33,689 bases of DNA. Origin: a virus (lineage: Duplodnaviria > Caudoviricetes). The stretch covers positions 1 through 33,689 of the IMG/VR virus record IMGVR_UViG_3300035187_003302; one strand, written 5' to 3'. This document shows, one piece after another, positions 8,284 to 17,129 of this stretch. Under the pieces are notes generated by a model, which was not told where the DNA came from, searched no databases, and was given only the letters and a program-made list of their open reading frames with translations. The position numbers and the translations under genes are program-made. Every line of letters begins with the position of its first letter. Positions within the stretch are counted from its first letter, which is position 1.

Positions 8284-8474
8284 AGCGGCTTACGCGGTCC
8301 ACGCGCCGCAAAATCGCGCGGTTTGTCGGCATGGTGGGGATGTCCCTTGTGGATGGCCGCTTGACGCCGGGCGAGATTTCGGCGCTTGTCGGCGCCGCCG
8401 CGCTTGTGCTGGACGCGCTGCGCTCCGAGCGTGACGGGACCGCCCCGGCCGACGAAGACGGGGACGCCGGATGA
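8280..8474 (+). CDS. Small basic/hydrophobic protein, holin candidate
   Basis: Basic N-terminus, two hydrophobic stretches, acidic tail; immediately upstream of endolysin; 4-bp overlaps at both ends. Confidence 0.4.
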   Translation: MKRLTRSTRRKIARFVGMVGMSLVDGRLTPGEISALVGAAALVLDALRSERDGTAPADEDGDAG

Positions 8475-8890
8475 ACGGCCCCCGCTACCAATGGGGCGCG
8501 CGGTCGCTTGGCCGGCTTGCGACGTGCCATCCGGCCCTCCGCGCCCTCTTCGAGCGGGTGATTCTGCGGCCCGATTTGCCCTCGGATTTGACCGTGCTTT
8601 GCGGCTTCCGGGGAAAGCCGGAGCAGGATGCCGCCTTCGCCGCCGGCACGTCCCGCCTTCGGTGGCCCACGTCGAAGCACAACGCGCAGCCGTCGCGCGC
8701 GGTTGACGTGGCGCCCCTTGTCGGCGGCGCGGTCACTTGGGATTGGCCGGCGTACCACGCCTTTGCCCCGCTTGTGAAAGCCGAATGGGCCGCGATGCAG
8801 CGGGAGGGGTTGTTCCCTGGCTTGCGCCTCGTTTGGGGCGGCGATTGGGTGCGCTTCCCCGATGGCCCGCATTGGGAGATTGCGGAATGA
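8471..8890 (+). CDS. Endolysin, M15-family L-Ala-D-Glu peptidase
   Basis: CGFRGKPEQ, SKHN...AVDVAP, WGGDW...DGPHWE zinc-peptidase motifs. Confidence 0.9.
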   Translation: MNGPRYQWGARSLGRLATCHPALRALFERVILRPDLPSDLTVLCGFRGKPEQDAAFAAGTSRLRWPTSKHNAQPSRAVDVAPLVGGAVTWDWPAYHAFAPLVKAEWAAMQREGLFPGLRLVWGGDWVRFPDGPHWEIAE

Positions 8891-9237
8891 TGCTGCTATT
8901 CTTGGCCTTGGCCTTCGCGCAGGATGCCGCCGCGCCGCCCGTTGTCGGTGGCCCACCTCCGGGCTCGGACCCGTGGGGATACCTTGGCGCCGCCCTGGCT
9001 GCCGGCGTTGCCGCGTGGACCGCGGAACACGTCCGTAATCGCCGGGCCGCCGGTCCAGACGCAGACCTTTCTCCCCTTGCCGCGCGCGGTCCCGATGGCG
9101 CGGTCATTCTCCTACGCCGAATGGAGGCCATCGAAGATGCCGTCCATGATCTTGCGCTCTCCGTCGCCGCCCTCGCACGCGCCCACGCTGACGGCACCAC
9201 CTCCGCAGCCCATCCACGCAGGAGGCGCACCGATTGA
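8887..9237 (+). CDS. Membrane protein of lysis module (signal peptide, TM helix, coiled coil)
   Basis: MMLLFLALAFA|QD signal-like N-terminus, WGYLGAALAAGVAAW TM segment, helical C-terminus; ATGA overlap with endolysin. Confidence 0.6.
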   Translation: MMLLFLALAFAQDAAAPPVVGGPPPGSDPWGYLGAALAAGVAAWTAEHVRNRRAAGPDADLSPLAARGPDGAVILLRRMEAIEDAVHDLALSVAALARAHADGTTSAAHPRRRRTD

Positions 9238-9382
9238 CCCGGCGGTGCGCGTGGCGCGCGTGCGCTCCGCGGTCGCCGTGGCCGTTCTGGCGTGCGCTGA
9301 CGTAGTGCGCGACGTGCGAGGGGACGCAGAGGCCGACGCCCTTGTGGCTGCGGCGCATTCGACCTCCGCGCGCGGCGTCTGA
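9233..9382 (+). CDS. Possible 49-aa ORF with non-canonical ATT start
   Basis: AGGAGG at 9220-9225, 7 nt before ATT 9233, which overlaps the upstream TGA; fills the gap. Confidence 0.3.
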   Translation: MDPAVRVARVRSAVAVAVLACADVVRDVRGDAEADALVAAAHSTSARGV

Positions 9383-9383
9383 C

Positions 9384-9725
9384 GTGGAGCTTTTCGCCGT
9401 GGAGTCCGCGCTTGCTGTCGGCCGCCGTTGGCGCCTTGCATGGGGCTCGGCTGACTTAGGCCACCATTCGCACGCTGACCCGCTAACGGACCAAGAAGCC
9501 GCGGGCGTCGCGGACTTCGTGCGCGATATCGTGGGCTCCGGCGCGGGGTGGCAGGTGCGATGCACGCTCCCGACCGTCAAGGCGACCGCGGTTTCCGGCC
9601 TAAGCCAGACAGCGCCGCAGCTTGCCGCGCTTTTGTCCGCGTCGGCGCCGGCCGTCCAAGGCGGGCTTCTCCGGGCAATCTGCGCCGCCCCGGTGCCCGG
9701 CGCGGCCATCCCGGCGTTCCTCTAA
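9384..9725 (+). CDS. Hypothetical protein
   Basis: GTG 9384 just after the preceding stop; ORF in track 9342..9725; start uncertain. Confidence 0.5.
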   Translation: MELFAVESALAVGRRWRLAWGSADLGHHSHADPLTDQEAAGVADFVRDIVGSGAGWQVRCTLPTVKATAVSGLSQTAPQLAALLSASAPAVQGGLLRAICAAPVPGAAIPAFL

Positions 9726-9759
9726 GAGAAACCCCCGCCCGGACCATTCCGAGCGGGGG
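9724..9759 (-). terminator. Rho-independent terminator, minus strand
   Basis: CCCCCGCTCGGA-ATGG-TCCGGGCGGGGG then TTTCTCTT; the G-U pair works only on the minus strand. Confidence 0.65.
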
Positions 9760-9806
9760 CGGGTGCCATCCCTACGGACGACGCGCCTTAGATGTTCGCC
9801 GTCCGT
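9724..9806 (-). ncRNA. Candidate ~83-nt small RNA (5' hairpin plus intrinsic terminator)
   Basis: Minus-strand TTGACG-17-(TGC)TACGGC at 9841-9813; 10-bp stem starting at the predicted +1; 12-bp stem followed by UUUCUCUU. Confidence 0.55.
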
Positions 9807-9906
9807 GGGTAAGCCGTAGCACGGGGCCCCGCCCGCGTCAAAGCCGGACAAGCAACCCCGCGAAACACCTACGGGCGCCCGGCGCCGCGCCGTGGTAGGA
9901 TGCGCC

Positions 9907-10524
9907 ATGACCGTCCGCCTTGTCACCCTTGACACGTACCGCGCGCGATATCAGGGCTCCGGCCCCGTGGTCCCGCTTGACGATTCCGCCGTGCTGGCGC
10001 GGATTGACGCGCTGTCGGCGGCCATTCTTCACCACCTCGGCTTCCCCGCCGGGGGCGAGGATTGGGATTCGGCGTCGCGCGTCTGGACCTTCGGGCCCTA
10101 TGATTGGGCGTGGAATCCGTGGAGCGACGAATCCCGGCTTGTGCCGCAGTTCTCCCCGGTGGCGTCGGTGACCAGCATCGAGGAATCCGGCGACGGTTCG
10201 ACGTGGACAACCGTACAGGCCGATTACTACACCCTCCGCGACGGCTCGGACCCCGCCCGCGTGCGCATCGACGCCATCAAGGGCGCGCGCTGGTCGGCGG
10301 AATCGTGGTATCGAGTGACCTACGTTGCCGGCTGGACCACCGTTCCCGGCGCCGTGGAAGACGCGGCCGGGCGCCTGGTGGCTTTCTCCTTGGACGTGGA
10401 CCGGCGGCGCGGGCGGCAGGGGGAATCCGGGGTCGGGCAGCCCTCCGAGACGTACCGCCCGGAGACGTGGCCGGATGACCTCCGCGCGCAGCTTGCGCCG
10501 CACAAGCTCCCGTGGCGTCGCTGA
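9907..10524 (+). CDS. Head-tail connector / adaptor (gp6-like)
   Basis: PVASVTSI, YRVTYVAGW..VPGAVEDA motifs; TGGTAGGAT -10 shortly before ATG (leaderless). Confidence 0.8.
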   Translation: MTVRLVTLDTYRARYQGSGPVVPLDDSAVLARIDALSAAILHHLGFPAGGEDWDSASRVWTFGPYDWAWNPWSDESRLVPQFSPVASVTSIEESGDGSTWTTVQADYYTLRDGSDPARVRIDAIKGARWSAESWYRVTYVAGWTTVPGAVEDAAGRLVAFSLDVDRRRGRQGESGVGQPSETYRPETWPDDLRAQLAPHKLPWRR

Positions 10525-11093
10525 CGCTTGACGAATTGCCGGGGGCGCTCCTTGCCCTTGGCGAGCGGGCGCAAACCGCCCTCGGACAATACGCCGCGAA
10601 AGTCGCGCAGCGGATGGCGGCCGACGCGGCGACCTTCGCGCAAGCCAGGGTAGGCGGCTCGCTTGCCCGCTCCGTCGAACCCCTCGTAGAGTTTCACCCC
10701 GACGCCATCCGGGCGGGCTTCATCGCGGGGCGAACCGAGCCCGTCATCCGGTACGCCCGCGTCCAAGACGAGGGCAGCGGCTACCTTCCGGGCGGCGTCA
10801 TCCGTCCCCGCTTTATGGAATACCTGCGGATACCGGTGCCGGGCAGCCGCGCGCGGGAGCGGTTCCCGGGCGGGCCTCTCACGCTTTTACACGATTCCGA
10901 GGGGATGAAGTTCTTCCGCCTTCGCGCCCGTGACGGCTGGCTCATGGTCTATCGCGGTGAACCCTTGTGGATTCTTGTTCGCACCGTCCGCCTCCGCGCG
11001 ACGAATTACGGCCGGGACGCGCACGATGCCGAAGTGCGCCGCATCGACGGGGAAATCGCGGACGGCTTGCCAGGACTGCGCATTCCGGGGTAG
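10512..11093 (+). CDS. Neck / tail-completion protein (HK97 gp10-like)
   Basis: LARSV, YARVQDEG..G.IRPR...YLRIP motifs; basic; synteny. Confidence 0.65.
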   Translation: MASLTLDELPGALLALGERAQTALGQYAAKVAQRMAADAATFAQARVGGSLARSVEPLVEFHPDAIRAGFIAGRTEPVIRYARVQDEGSGYLPGGVIRPRFMEYLRIPVPGSRARERFPGGPLTLLHDSEGMKFFRLRARDGWLMVYRGEPLWILVRTVRLRATNYGRDAHDAEVRRIDGEIADGLPGLRIPG

Positions 11094-11102
11094 ACTCCGC
11101 GC

Positions 11103-11198
11103 ATGGGCCGCCACCGCATCGTCATGGTTTTTGCTTCCTGTTCGGCCGGGGACGGCGCGGATGGCGGCCCCATCTTCGCGCCCGCGGTGCGCGCTTGA
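11103..11198 (+). CDS. Possible 31-aa leaderless mini-ORF
   Basis: TTGCCA-18-TAGACT then ATG 7 nt later; stop overlaps the next TTG start. Confidence 0.3.
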   Translation: MGRHRIVMVFASCSAGDGADGGPIFAPAVRA

Positions 11199-11635
11199 CC
11201 CTGTACGCCGTCGAACGCTTGGCGGCCGTGCGCGTCCTTTTGGGCGGGCTCATGTTCGCCTTCGAGGGCGTGCCGGCGACCGGGCAGAAGCCAGAGGCGT
11301 ACACCGGGCGGCCGACGCGGTTGCAGCCCCCGGCGGGCCGCTCGGTTATCGCAGCGTGGCCCATCTCGCTGTCGGTTTCCCCGTCGCCCTCCGCGCTTGA
11401 CGAGACGGTTTCCGCCACCTACGAGGTCGCCGCAATCGTCGCCGTGGCCGCGGGCGCCGATATGGCCGCCGTCGCCTCCCGGGTCGCGGAAGCCATCGGG
11501 GTAGCTGTCCGGGATTCGACGCTTGACGCCACCTCCCCGGCGCCCTCGATTTCGCTGTCTATCGCTTACGAGGAAGGGCACGTCGCCGTCTTCGGCACGC
11601 TGTCCGCCGACTACCGTACACCCTTGGGGGCTTGA
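11195..11635 (+). CDS. Putative tail terminator / tail completion protein
   Basis: About 146 aa, alpha/beta pattern, synteny between neck and tail tube; TTG start inferred. Confidence 0.5.
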   Translation: MTLYAVERLAAVRVLLGGLMFAFEGVPATGQKPEAYTGRPTRLQPPAGRSVIAAWPISLSVSPSPSALDETVSATYEVAAIVAVAAGADMAAVASRVAEAIGVAVRDSTLDATSPAPSISLSIAYEEGHVAVFGTLSADYRTPLGA

Positions 11636-11636
11636 C

Positions 11637-12413
11637 TTGGCCTTCGCATTCTCCCCCGTCTCGTATTATCGGTGGCCCATCGCGGTTTCCCCGGGCGCCG
11701 CCGCGTCCACCGCCATCCGGGTACAGGTGTCGATTACCCCGGCCCTGCGCCGGTTCTGGTCCTCTGTCGATTCCAACGGGTACAGCGTCCGCTTCGCCGA
11801 TGCGACCGGCGGCCCGCTGGCCTTCAACCGGGCGTCATTCTCCTACGCCAACCAGACCGCCGAATATCGGGTCCAGTTCACGACGCCCTCCGGGGTCACC
11901 ACCAGCGACGTGCATGTGGTTTACATGTACGTCAAGAAAGCGGCCCCGGCCTTGGCGGATTCGTCCGTTGCCGACACCGCGGACACGATGTATGGCGGCG
12001 GGCTCTTCGCCTCCGAAACCATCGGCGACACCCCGACCCGGGCCGGCGTAGTCCAGGGCGATACCCTCGAATCCGTGGACCTCGCCTCCACCGACTATCG
12101 CCCGGTGGCCGTCTCGCTGACCGGCGCGCTCCAAGCGTTCGCGGCCGACGCCACGCTGAATGACAGCACCGAGAATGAGGCGCCCCGCCGGTTCCGCGTG
12201 GAAGTTCTCGACTCCGGCGGCACCGACGCCACAGCCCGGTATGTCCAGGCGCTCCATCGCATCATTCACGACGGCGCCGATTTCTACATCCTCCCGTGGA
12301 TTTCCGCCGGGGATACGAACACGTACCGGCTTCGCCTGACGGTCGAAACCGGCGGCACCCTGCGCCGGCTTATCCGGCTTGTCGCTCTTCGCTTCCGCCT
12401 CCCCTCTGCCTGA
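11637..12413 (+). CDS. Virion protein with DUF2341-like N-terminal domain
   Basis: YRWPIAV...IRVQVSI...FWSSVDSNGYSVRFAD..G.PL...VVYMY resembles DUF2341; TTG start inferred. Confidence 0.55.
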   Translation: MAFAFSPVSYYRWPIAVSPGAAASTAIRVQVSITPALRRFWSSVDSNGYSVRFADATGGPLAFNRASFSYANQTAEYRVQFTTPSGVTTSDVHVVYMYVKKAAPALADSSVADTADTMYGGGLFASETIGDTPTRAGVVQGDTLESVDLASTDYRPVAVSLTGALQAFAADATLNDSTENEAPRRFRVEVLDSGGTDATARYVQALHRIIHDGADFYILPWISAGDTNTYRLRLTVETGGTLRRLIRLVALRFRLPSA

Positions 12414-12425
12414 TTCGGAGTCACA

Positions 12426-13415
12426 ATGGCCCGCCTTGTCGGTCGCTCGCTTGCAATCGGCCTTTGCGCCGAATCCGCCTATGGGGACGGGGTTACCACG
12501 TCCGCCGCGCTCTACTGGACCACGCCTTCCGGCCTCTCCGCGCCCATCGTCCGCGCCGACGTGACGACCGTCCCTGACCTCGGTTTGGACGATTCGGGCC
12601 TCACCCGGCTTGATTTCGTCTCGAAGAAGTACGTGGACTTCGAGTTTAGCCAGCCGATGGACATGGACAACGACGGGATGCTTCTCCGCGCTGGCGTCGG
12701 CTCCGTCGCCACCACCGGCAGCGGCCCGTATACGCACACCTTCACCCTCGACATTGACCAGCCCGCGACCCTTGGCGGCGTTGTCGAGATGGCCGAAGAG
12801 GACGGCACCTTCTCCGAACTCGAATTCTCCGGCGGGCAGGTGGCGTCCATCCGCTGGGAAATCCAGGCGGGCGGCTACTGCGTCGAAACGATGCGCCTCT
12901 TCGGCAACGTCGAAACCGACTGGACCGGCACGCCGGTTCAGACGCCCGCTTCGTTCTCCCGGACGAAGGCCACCATCCCGTTCGCGAAGCAGGCGACCAC
13001 GGTTTCCATCCTCGGCAACACGTACAACGTCACGTCGGCCACCGTGGAATACAACCGGAATCTGAGCCCCGACCTCCAACACCTCGGAGAAGTCGGCATC
13101 GCACAGCAGTACCCGGGCCAGAACACCGGCGCCACCATCGAATTCGTGATGCCGATGCCGAGCTTTGCGCTTCTGACGGACCTTCTTGCGGAGACGCAGG
13201 GCACCGTCACTCTCACGCTGACGAACGGCGCGCGGTCGGTTTCGTGGGCCTTGGAGAATGCGCAGGTTATCGAGCATTCCGAGTCCATCAACGGCGTCGG
13301 CCTTGCCGAACTCCGCGTGCGCGTCGCGGCCCACGGCGGCGGCACCTACGGCGCGAAGTGCACCGTGATCAATGCGCTTTCGGCCGCCGTCCAGACGCAA
13401 GGCACCGCCGCGTGA
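12426..13415 (+). CDS. Major tail tube protein
   Basis: GGAG SD; ESAYG N-terminal motif, YTHTFTL, beta-rich acidic 329 aa; upstream of chaperone and tape measure. Confidence 0.8.
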   Translation: MARLVGRSLAIGLCAESAYGDGVTTSAALYWTTPSGLSAPIVRADVTTVPDLGLDDSGLTRLDFVSKKYVDFEFSQPMDMDNDGMLLRAGVGSVATTGSGPYTHTFTLDIDQPATLGGVVEMAEEDGTFSELEFSGGQVASIRWEIQAGGYCVETMRLFGNVETDWTGTPVQTPASFSRTKATIPFAKQATTVSILGNTYNVTSATVEYNRNLSPDLQHLGEVGIAQQYPGQNTGATIEFVMPMPSFALLTDLLAETQGTVTLTLTNGARSVSWALENAQVIEHSESINGVGLAELRVRVAAHGGGTYGAKCTVINALSAAVQTQGTAA

Positions 13416-14380
13416 CGTTGACGGACCCCCGGAGCGCCCGCCCGTGGCAAGTCCATCGGGCGGAATCCCTGACCCGGCTTGATTCGCGGGGTCTTTGGGA
13501 TGCGTGCTTCCGCTGCCTTCTCCCGTGGGAAGAGGCGGCGCACCGGGAGGCATTGGCGGCCGTGTTCCAGGGGAAGCCGGGTGACCTTGACGACGCCGTA
13601 ATCGAAGCCGTTGTCGGCGTTGTCGCGCGTGGCGAGGGCGGCGAACCGATGTTCCAGGCGGTGGACGCGGCGGCCGTCCCCGAACTGCAACAGCCCCGCG
13701 GCGGCCGTCCGCGCGCGCCGTGGGCGCTCTTGCTGCCCCGGCCGATTCGGGAGAAGGCCGCGCGTATGCTGGCCTTCGCCACGTTCCAAAAGGCCATCGC
13801 CGCGCGTCTCTGCGCCGCGTCGCCACCGCCCCCGGCACCGCCGACCGGGGAGGCCATCGCCACGGCCGCCGGGTGGGTTGGGGTGTGCGCCCTCGATTCG
13901 ATTGAGTTGGAAGGCGGCCTACCCCGCGCGCTTTCGACGGCCGCGTGGGATTACCTGCGCCGCGCGACGAAGGACGCCCCCGGCGAAGAGGCGCCCGCCC
14001 GGTGGGATATCCTCGCTGCGGATGCCGCCCGCGCGGTTCGGTGGCGCTGGGAAGCCGAGGGCGAAGAGCCGCCCGCGTGGCGCCCGGTCGCGGTGGCGGT
14101 GGACTGGCACGCGGAAGCCGGGGATGTATGGGTTGGCGAGATTGACTTGGCCGCGCTTGCCGAGGTGCTCCGCGTCGCGTACCGGGATGTTCTGGCCGCC
14201 GCCGATTTCCTTGGCCCGTGGATTTCGACGCCCTCTATTCTGGCCTTCGTCGGCGCGGACCTCCCGTTCGAGCACCGCCCGGATTATGCCGGCCTCACCC
14301 CGCCGGCGCGGGCGATGGTCGCCACGGCCTACCGCTTCGCCGCGGGCCACGCTGCCGCCGCCGCCCGGAGCCCGGTATGA
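13412..14380 (+). CDS. Putative tail assembly chaperone
   Basis: Between tail tube and tape measure; GTGA/ATGA overlaps on both sides. Confidence 0.5.
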   Translation: MTLTDPRSARPWQVHRAESLTRLDSRGLWDACFRCLLPWEEAAHREALAAVFQGKPGDLDDAVIEAVVGVVARGEGGEPMFQAVDAAAVPELQQPRGGRPRAPWALLLPRPIREKAARMLAFATFQKAIAARLCAASPPPPAPPTGEAIATAAGWVGVCALDSIELEGGLPRALSTAAWDYLRRATKDAPGEEAPARWDILAADAARAVRWRWEAEGEEPPAWRPVAVAVDWHAEAGDVWVGEIDLAALAEVLRVAYRDVLAAADFLGPWISTPSILAFVGADLPFEHRPDYAGLTPPARAMVATAYRFAAGHAAAAARSPV

Positions 14381-17121
14381 CGCCCGTCCGATACGTCATC
14401 GAATTCTCCGGGAAGACCGCCGCGCTTGGCGCCTTGGCCGACTCCGCGCACGAAGCCGCCGCGCAAGCCGCATCGTTGACGCGCGCCCTCTCGATTGCCG
14501 AGATGCAGGCGAACGGCGCCGACTCCGCGGCCCAACGCTTCCGGGCTTCGCTTGGCCGGGTGCAGGTGGGGGCCGACGGCGCGGGCGCATCGCTGGACGG
14601 CTACGCCCTCTCCGCGGACCAAGTGCGACGCCGGGCCTCCGAAGCCGCAAAGTCCGGGGAAGATTTGGCCTCCCGGATGCTGGCCGCCGCCGAAACCCTC
14701 GACACCGTGCGCGGCGCCGCCGGGTTGACCGCTGACCAAATCGCGACCCTCGCACAGCAGAGCGCGAAGCTTCGCGGCGAATCCGCCATCCTTGCCGCGC
14801 AGGGTCAACGGGAGGCGCAAACCCTCCGGGACGTGGCCGACCGGGTAGAGGCCCGGACGCGCGCCGAACAGGAGGCCGCCGCCGCCGTCAAAGAGTCGGC
14901 CAAAGAGCGGGCCGCAGCCGAGCGCGCCGCCGCCCGGGAAGTCGGCGGGCTCGAAAGGGAGCTTGCGAAGCAGCGCGACGCCGACGAACGGGTGCGCCTC
15001 GGGAACATCCGCGGGCGAGCAAACCAAGAAATCCGGGCGATTGACGCCCTAATCGCCAAGCTCCAAGAGCGGAACGACGTGGACGAAGAGGGCTTAGCCC
15101 TGCTCCAACGCCGCCGCGAACAGGTGGCCGCCGACGCCGACCGTCAGGAAGCGTCCATCCGCGCACGCGGCGTGACGCCCGATGCGTTCGGGGCGCGCGG
15201 AACCCGGACCACAACTATCGGAAGCGGTGTGCTGTCAAGCTACTTTGACCGCCTCTTCGCGATGGGCGGCGCGGGTGGTCCCGGTGGTGGCGGCGTCTCG
15301 CTCCAAGGCATCCAACAGGCCGCAGGCAAGGCCGATACCGCGCTGAAAGGTCTGGCCGGCGCCGTCGGCGTGTTCTCGCCCGGTGCCGAGCGCGCCGCAA
15401 GCGCCGCGGGTGACCTTGTGGGCGCCTTGGAGTTTGCCCTTACCCCCGCTGGCGCGACCGCCGCCGGGCTCTTGGGCGCCGCCGCCGCCGCAACCGTCTT
15501 TGTGGGCGGGGCCGTCGCCGCCGTCCGCGCGGCCGAAGACCTCGCTGCGACGCTTGGCGAAATCCCGGACGGGGTAGACCTTGGCTTCTCCGCCGCCGGG
15601 GTGGAACAAATCAAGGAGGCAAACCGCGCGCTCGAAGCGGCAAAGCTGGCCGTGTCCGCCGTGGTGGTCGCCGTCGCGGAAGACCTCGCCCCGGTGGTCG
15701 AAGACGGCGCGCGCCTCTTGGCCGGCCTTGGCGTGGTCGCCGCGCAAACCGCGGGCGCGGCCCTCGACAACATCGGCCAAATCGTGGACGCCACAATAGC
15801 CGGCATCGCAAGCGCGGCGGCGTCGCTCTTGACGGCGTTGGTCGCGCCCCTCCGTGTGCTGGCCTTGGCGGCCGAAGCGGCGGAAGCCGTGGCCGGTGTG
15901 ACCGGCGTAGGTGGCGGCGCCGCGGAGGCCCTTCGTTCCGCGGTGGACGGCATCCAAGACGCCATCCGCGGCGGCGTCTCCGGCGCCCTCTCCGGCGCGA
16001 TTGACGGATACCGGCTGCTCTTGCGCGACCTTGTGGCCGGCACGGAAGACGAGGTGGACGCGCTTGTTTCGCGGGCAACGGAATTGCGCGCGCGGCCCGG
16101 CGGCGGTGCAGGCGGCGCCGACCGGGCGGCCGAAGCGGCGGCGCCCCTCACCGATGATGCGCTGATTTCCGAACTCTTGACGGCCTATGAAGAGGGTGAA
16201 GACGCGCTTACCCGGTTGGGCGAAATCCAAGCCGACCTCGCCCGCGCGCAACTCACCGACGCCGAACGGGTCGCCCTGGCCTATGCCAACCAGCGCGCCG
16301 AAATCAACGCCCTTGCGGACGCCGCCCGCGCCGCGGGTGCCGAGCAGGCCGAAGCGCAGCGGGCCGCCGGGCTGGCCGCCGTTGACGCGGCAGAGGCCAT
16401 CGCCAAACAACGCGCGGAGACGGAGCGCGCCGAACGGGCGGCGGCGGAACGGGCCTCCCGCCGGCAGGGCATAATCCAAGCGGGTGCATCCTTCGCGGGC
16501 GGCGGCGGCACGGCGCTGGAATTCGCGGCGGCCGTCGCCCCTCCCGGCGCGAAGCAAATCCTGCAATCGGCCTCCGCGGTCGCCAACGGCTTAGCCGGGC
16601 TTGGCGAGCAAGGCGCCGCCGGGGTCCAGCGTGCGCAGGAAGCGCGCATCGAAAGCATCACAAAGGGCATCGAGGAGCTTCCCGAACTGCTTATCCGGGT
16701 TTTGCCCGCGCTCGGAAAGGCAATCGTTACCGAGCTTATCCCCGCGCTTCTCAAACTCCCGTTCGAGATTGCGCGCGAACTTGGCTCCGTGCTTCTCGAA
16801 TTCTTCGAGCGCATCAATCCGTTCGACCGGGAAAGCCGGGAAGACCGGCAGGAGCGCCGGGAGCGGCGGCGGCGGCGGCGGGGCCTTGCGTCGGGCGCGG
16901 CGTATGTCGCGGAAGACGGGTGGATGATGCTCCATCGCGGGGAAACCGTGGTGCCGGCGTCGGGCGCGACAACGCAGGCGGCAAGCGCGCGCACCGTCGA
17001 ACGGTTGGCCGGTGGCGACCGTGGGCCGTCTCTGGACTTCCCCTTCCGGCCCATCGGTGAATCGGCGCTTGTGCTCGCTGTCGAGCGCGGCCGGCGCCCA
17101 TTCGGCCGCGTTGTGGGTTAG
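14377..17121 (+). CDS. Tape measure protein (914 aa)
   Basis: Long Ala-rich helical protein; C-terminal LASG...MLHRGETVVP motif; ATG 14377 overlaps the upstream stop. Confidence 0.9.
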   Translation: MTPVRYVIEFSGKTAALGALADSAHEAAAQAASLTRALSIAEMQANGADSAAQRFRASLGRVQVGADGAGASLDGYALSADQVRRRASEAAKSGEDLASRMLAAAETLDTVRGAAGLTADQIATLAQQSAKLRGESAILAAQGQREAQTLRDVADRVEARTRAEQEAAAAVKESAKERAAAERAAAREVGGLERELAKQRDADERVRLGNIRGRANQEIRAIDALIAKLQERNDVDEEGLALLQRRREQVAADADRQEASIRARGVTPDAFGARGTRTTTIGSGVLSSYFDRLFAMGGAGGPGGGGVSLQGIQQAAGKADTALKGLAGAVGVFSPGAERAASAAGDLVGALEFALTPAGATAAGLLGAAAAATVFVGGAVAAVRAAEDLAATLGEIPDGVDLGFSAAGVEQIKEANRALEAAKLAVSAVVVAVAEDLAPVVEDGARLLAGLGVVAAQTAGAALDNIGQIVDATIAGIASAAASLLTALVAPLRVLALAAEAAEAVAGVTGVGGGAAEALRSAVDGIQDAIRGGVSGALSGAIDGYRLLLRDLVAGTEDEVDALVSRATELRARPGGGAGGADRAAEAAAPLTDDALISELLTAYEEGEDALTRLGEIQADLARAQLTDAERVALAYANQRAEINALADAARAAGAEQAEAQRAAGLAAVDAAEAIAKQRAETERAERAAAERASRRQGIIQAGASFAGGGGTALEFAAAVAPPGAKQILQSASAVANGLAGLGEQGAAGVQRAQEARIESITKGIEELPELLIRVLPALGKAIVTELIPALLKLPFEIARELGSVLLEFFERINPFDRESREDRQERRERRRRRRGLASGAAYVAEDGWMMLHRGETVVPASGATTQAASARTVERLAGGDRGPSLDFPFRPIGESALVLAVERGRRPFGRVVG

Positions 17122-17129
17122 GCTGTCGC

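Noticed and set aside
16846-16882. Poly-Arg tract (CGG repeats) near the tape measure C-terminus
   Set aside because: Low-complexity coding; no evidence of a separate function or phase variation
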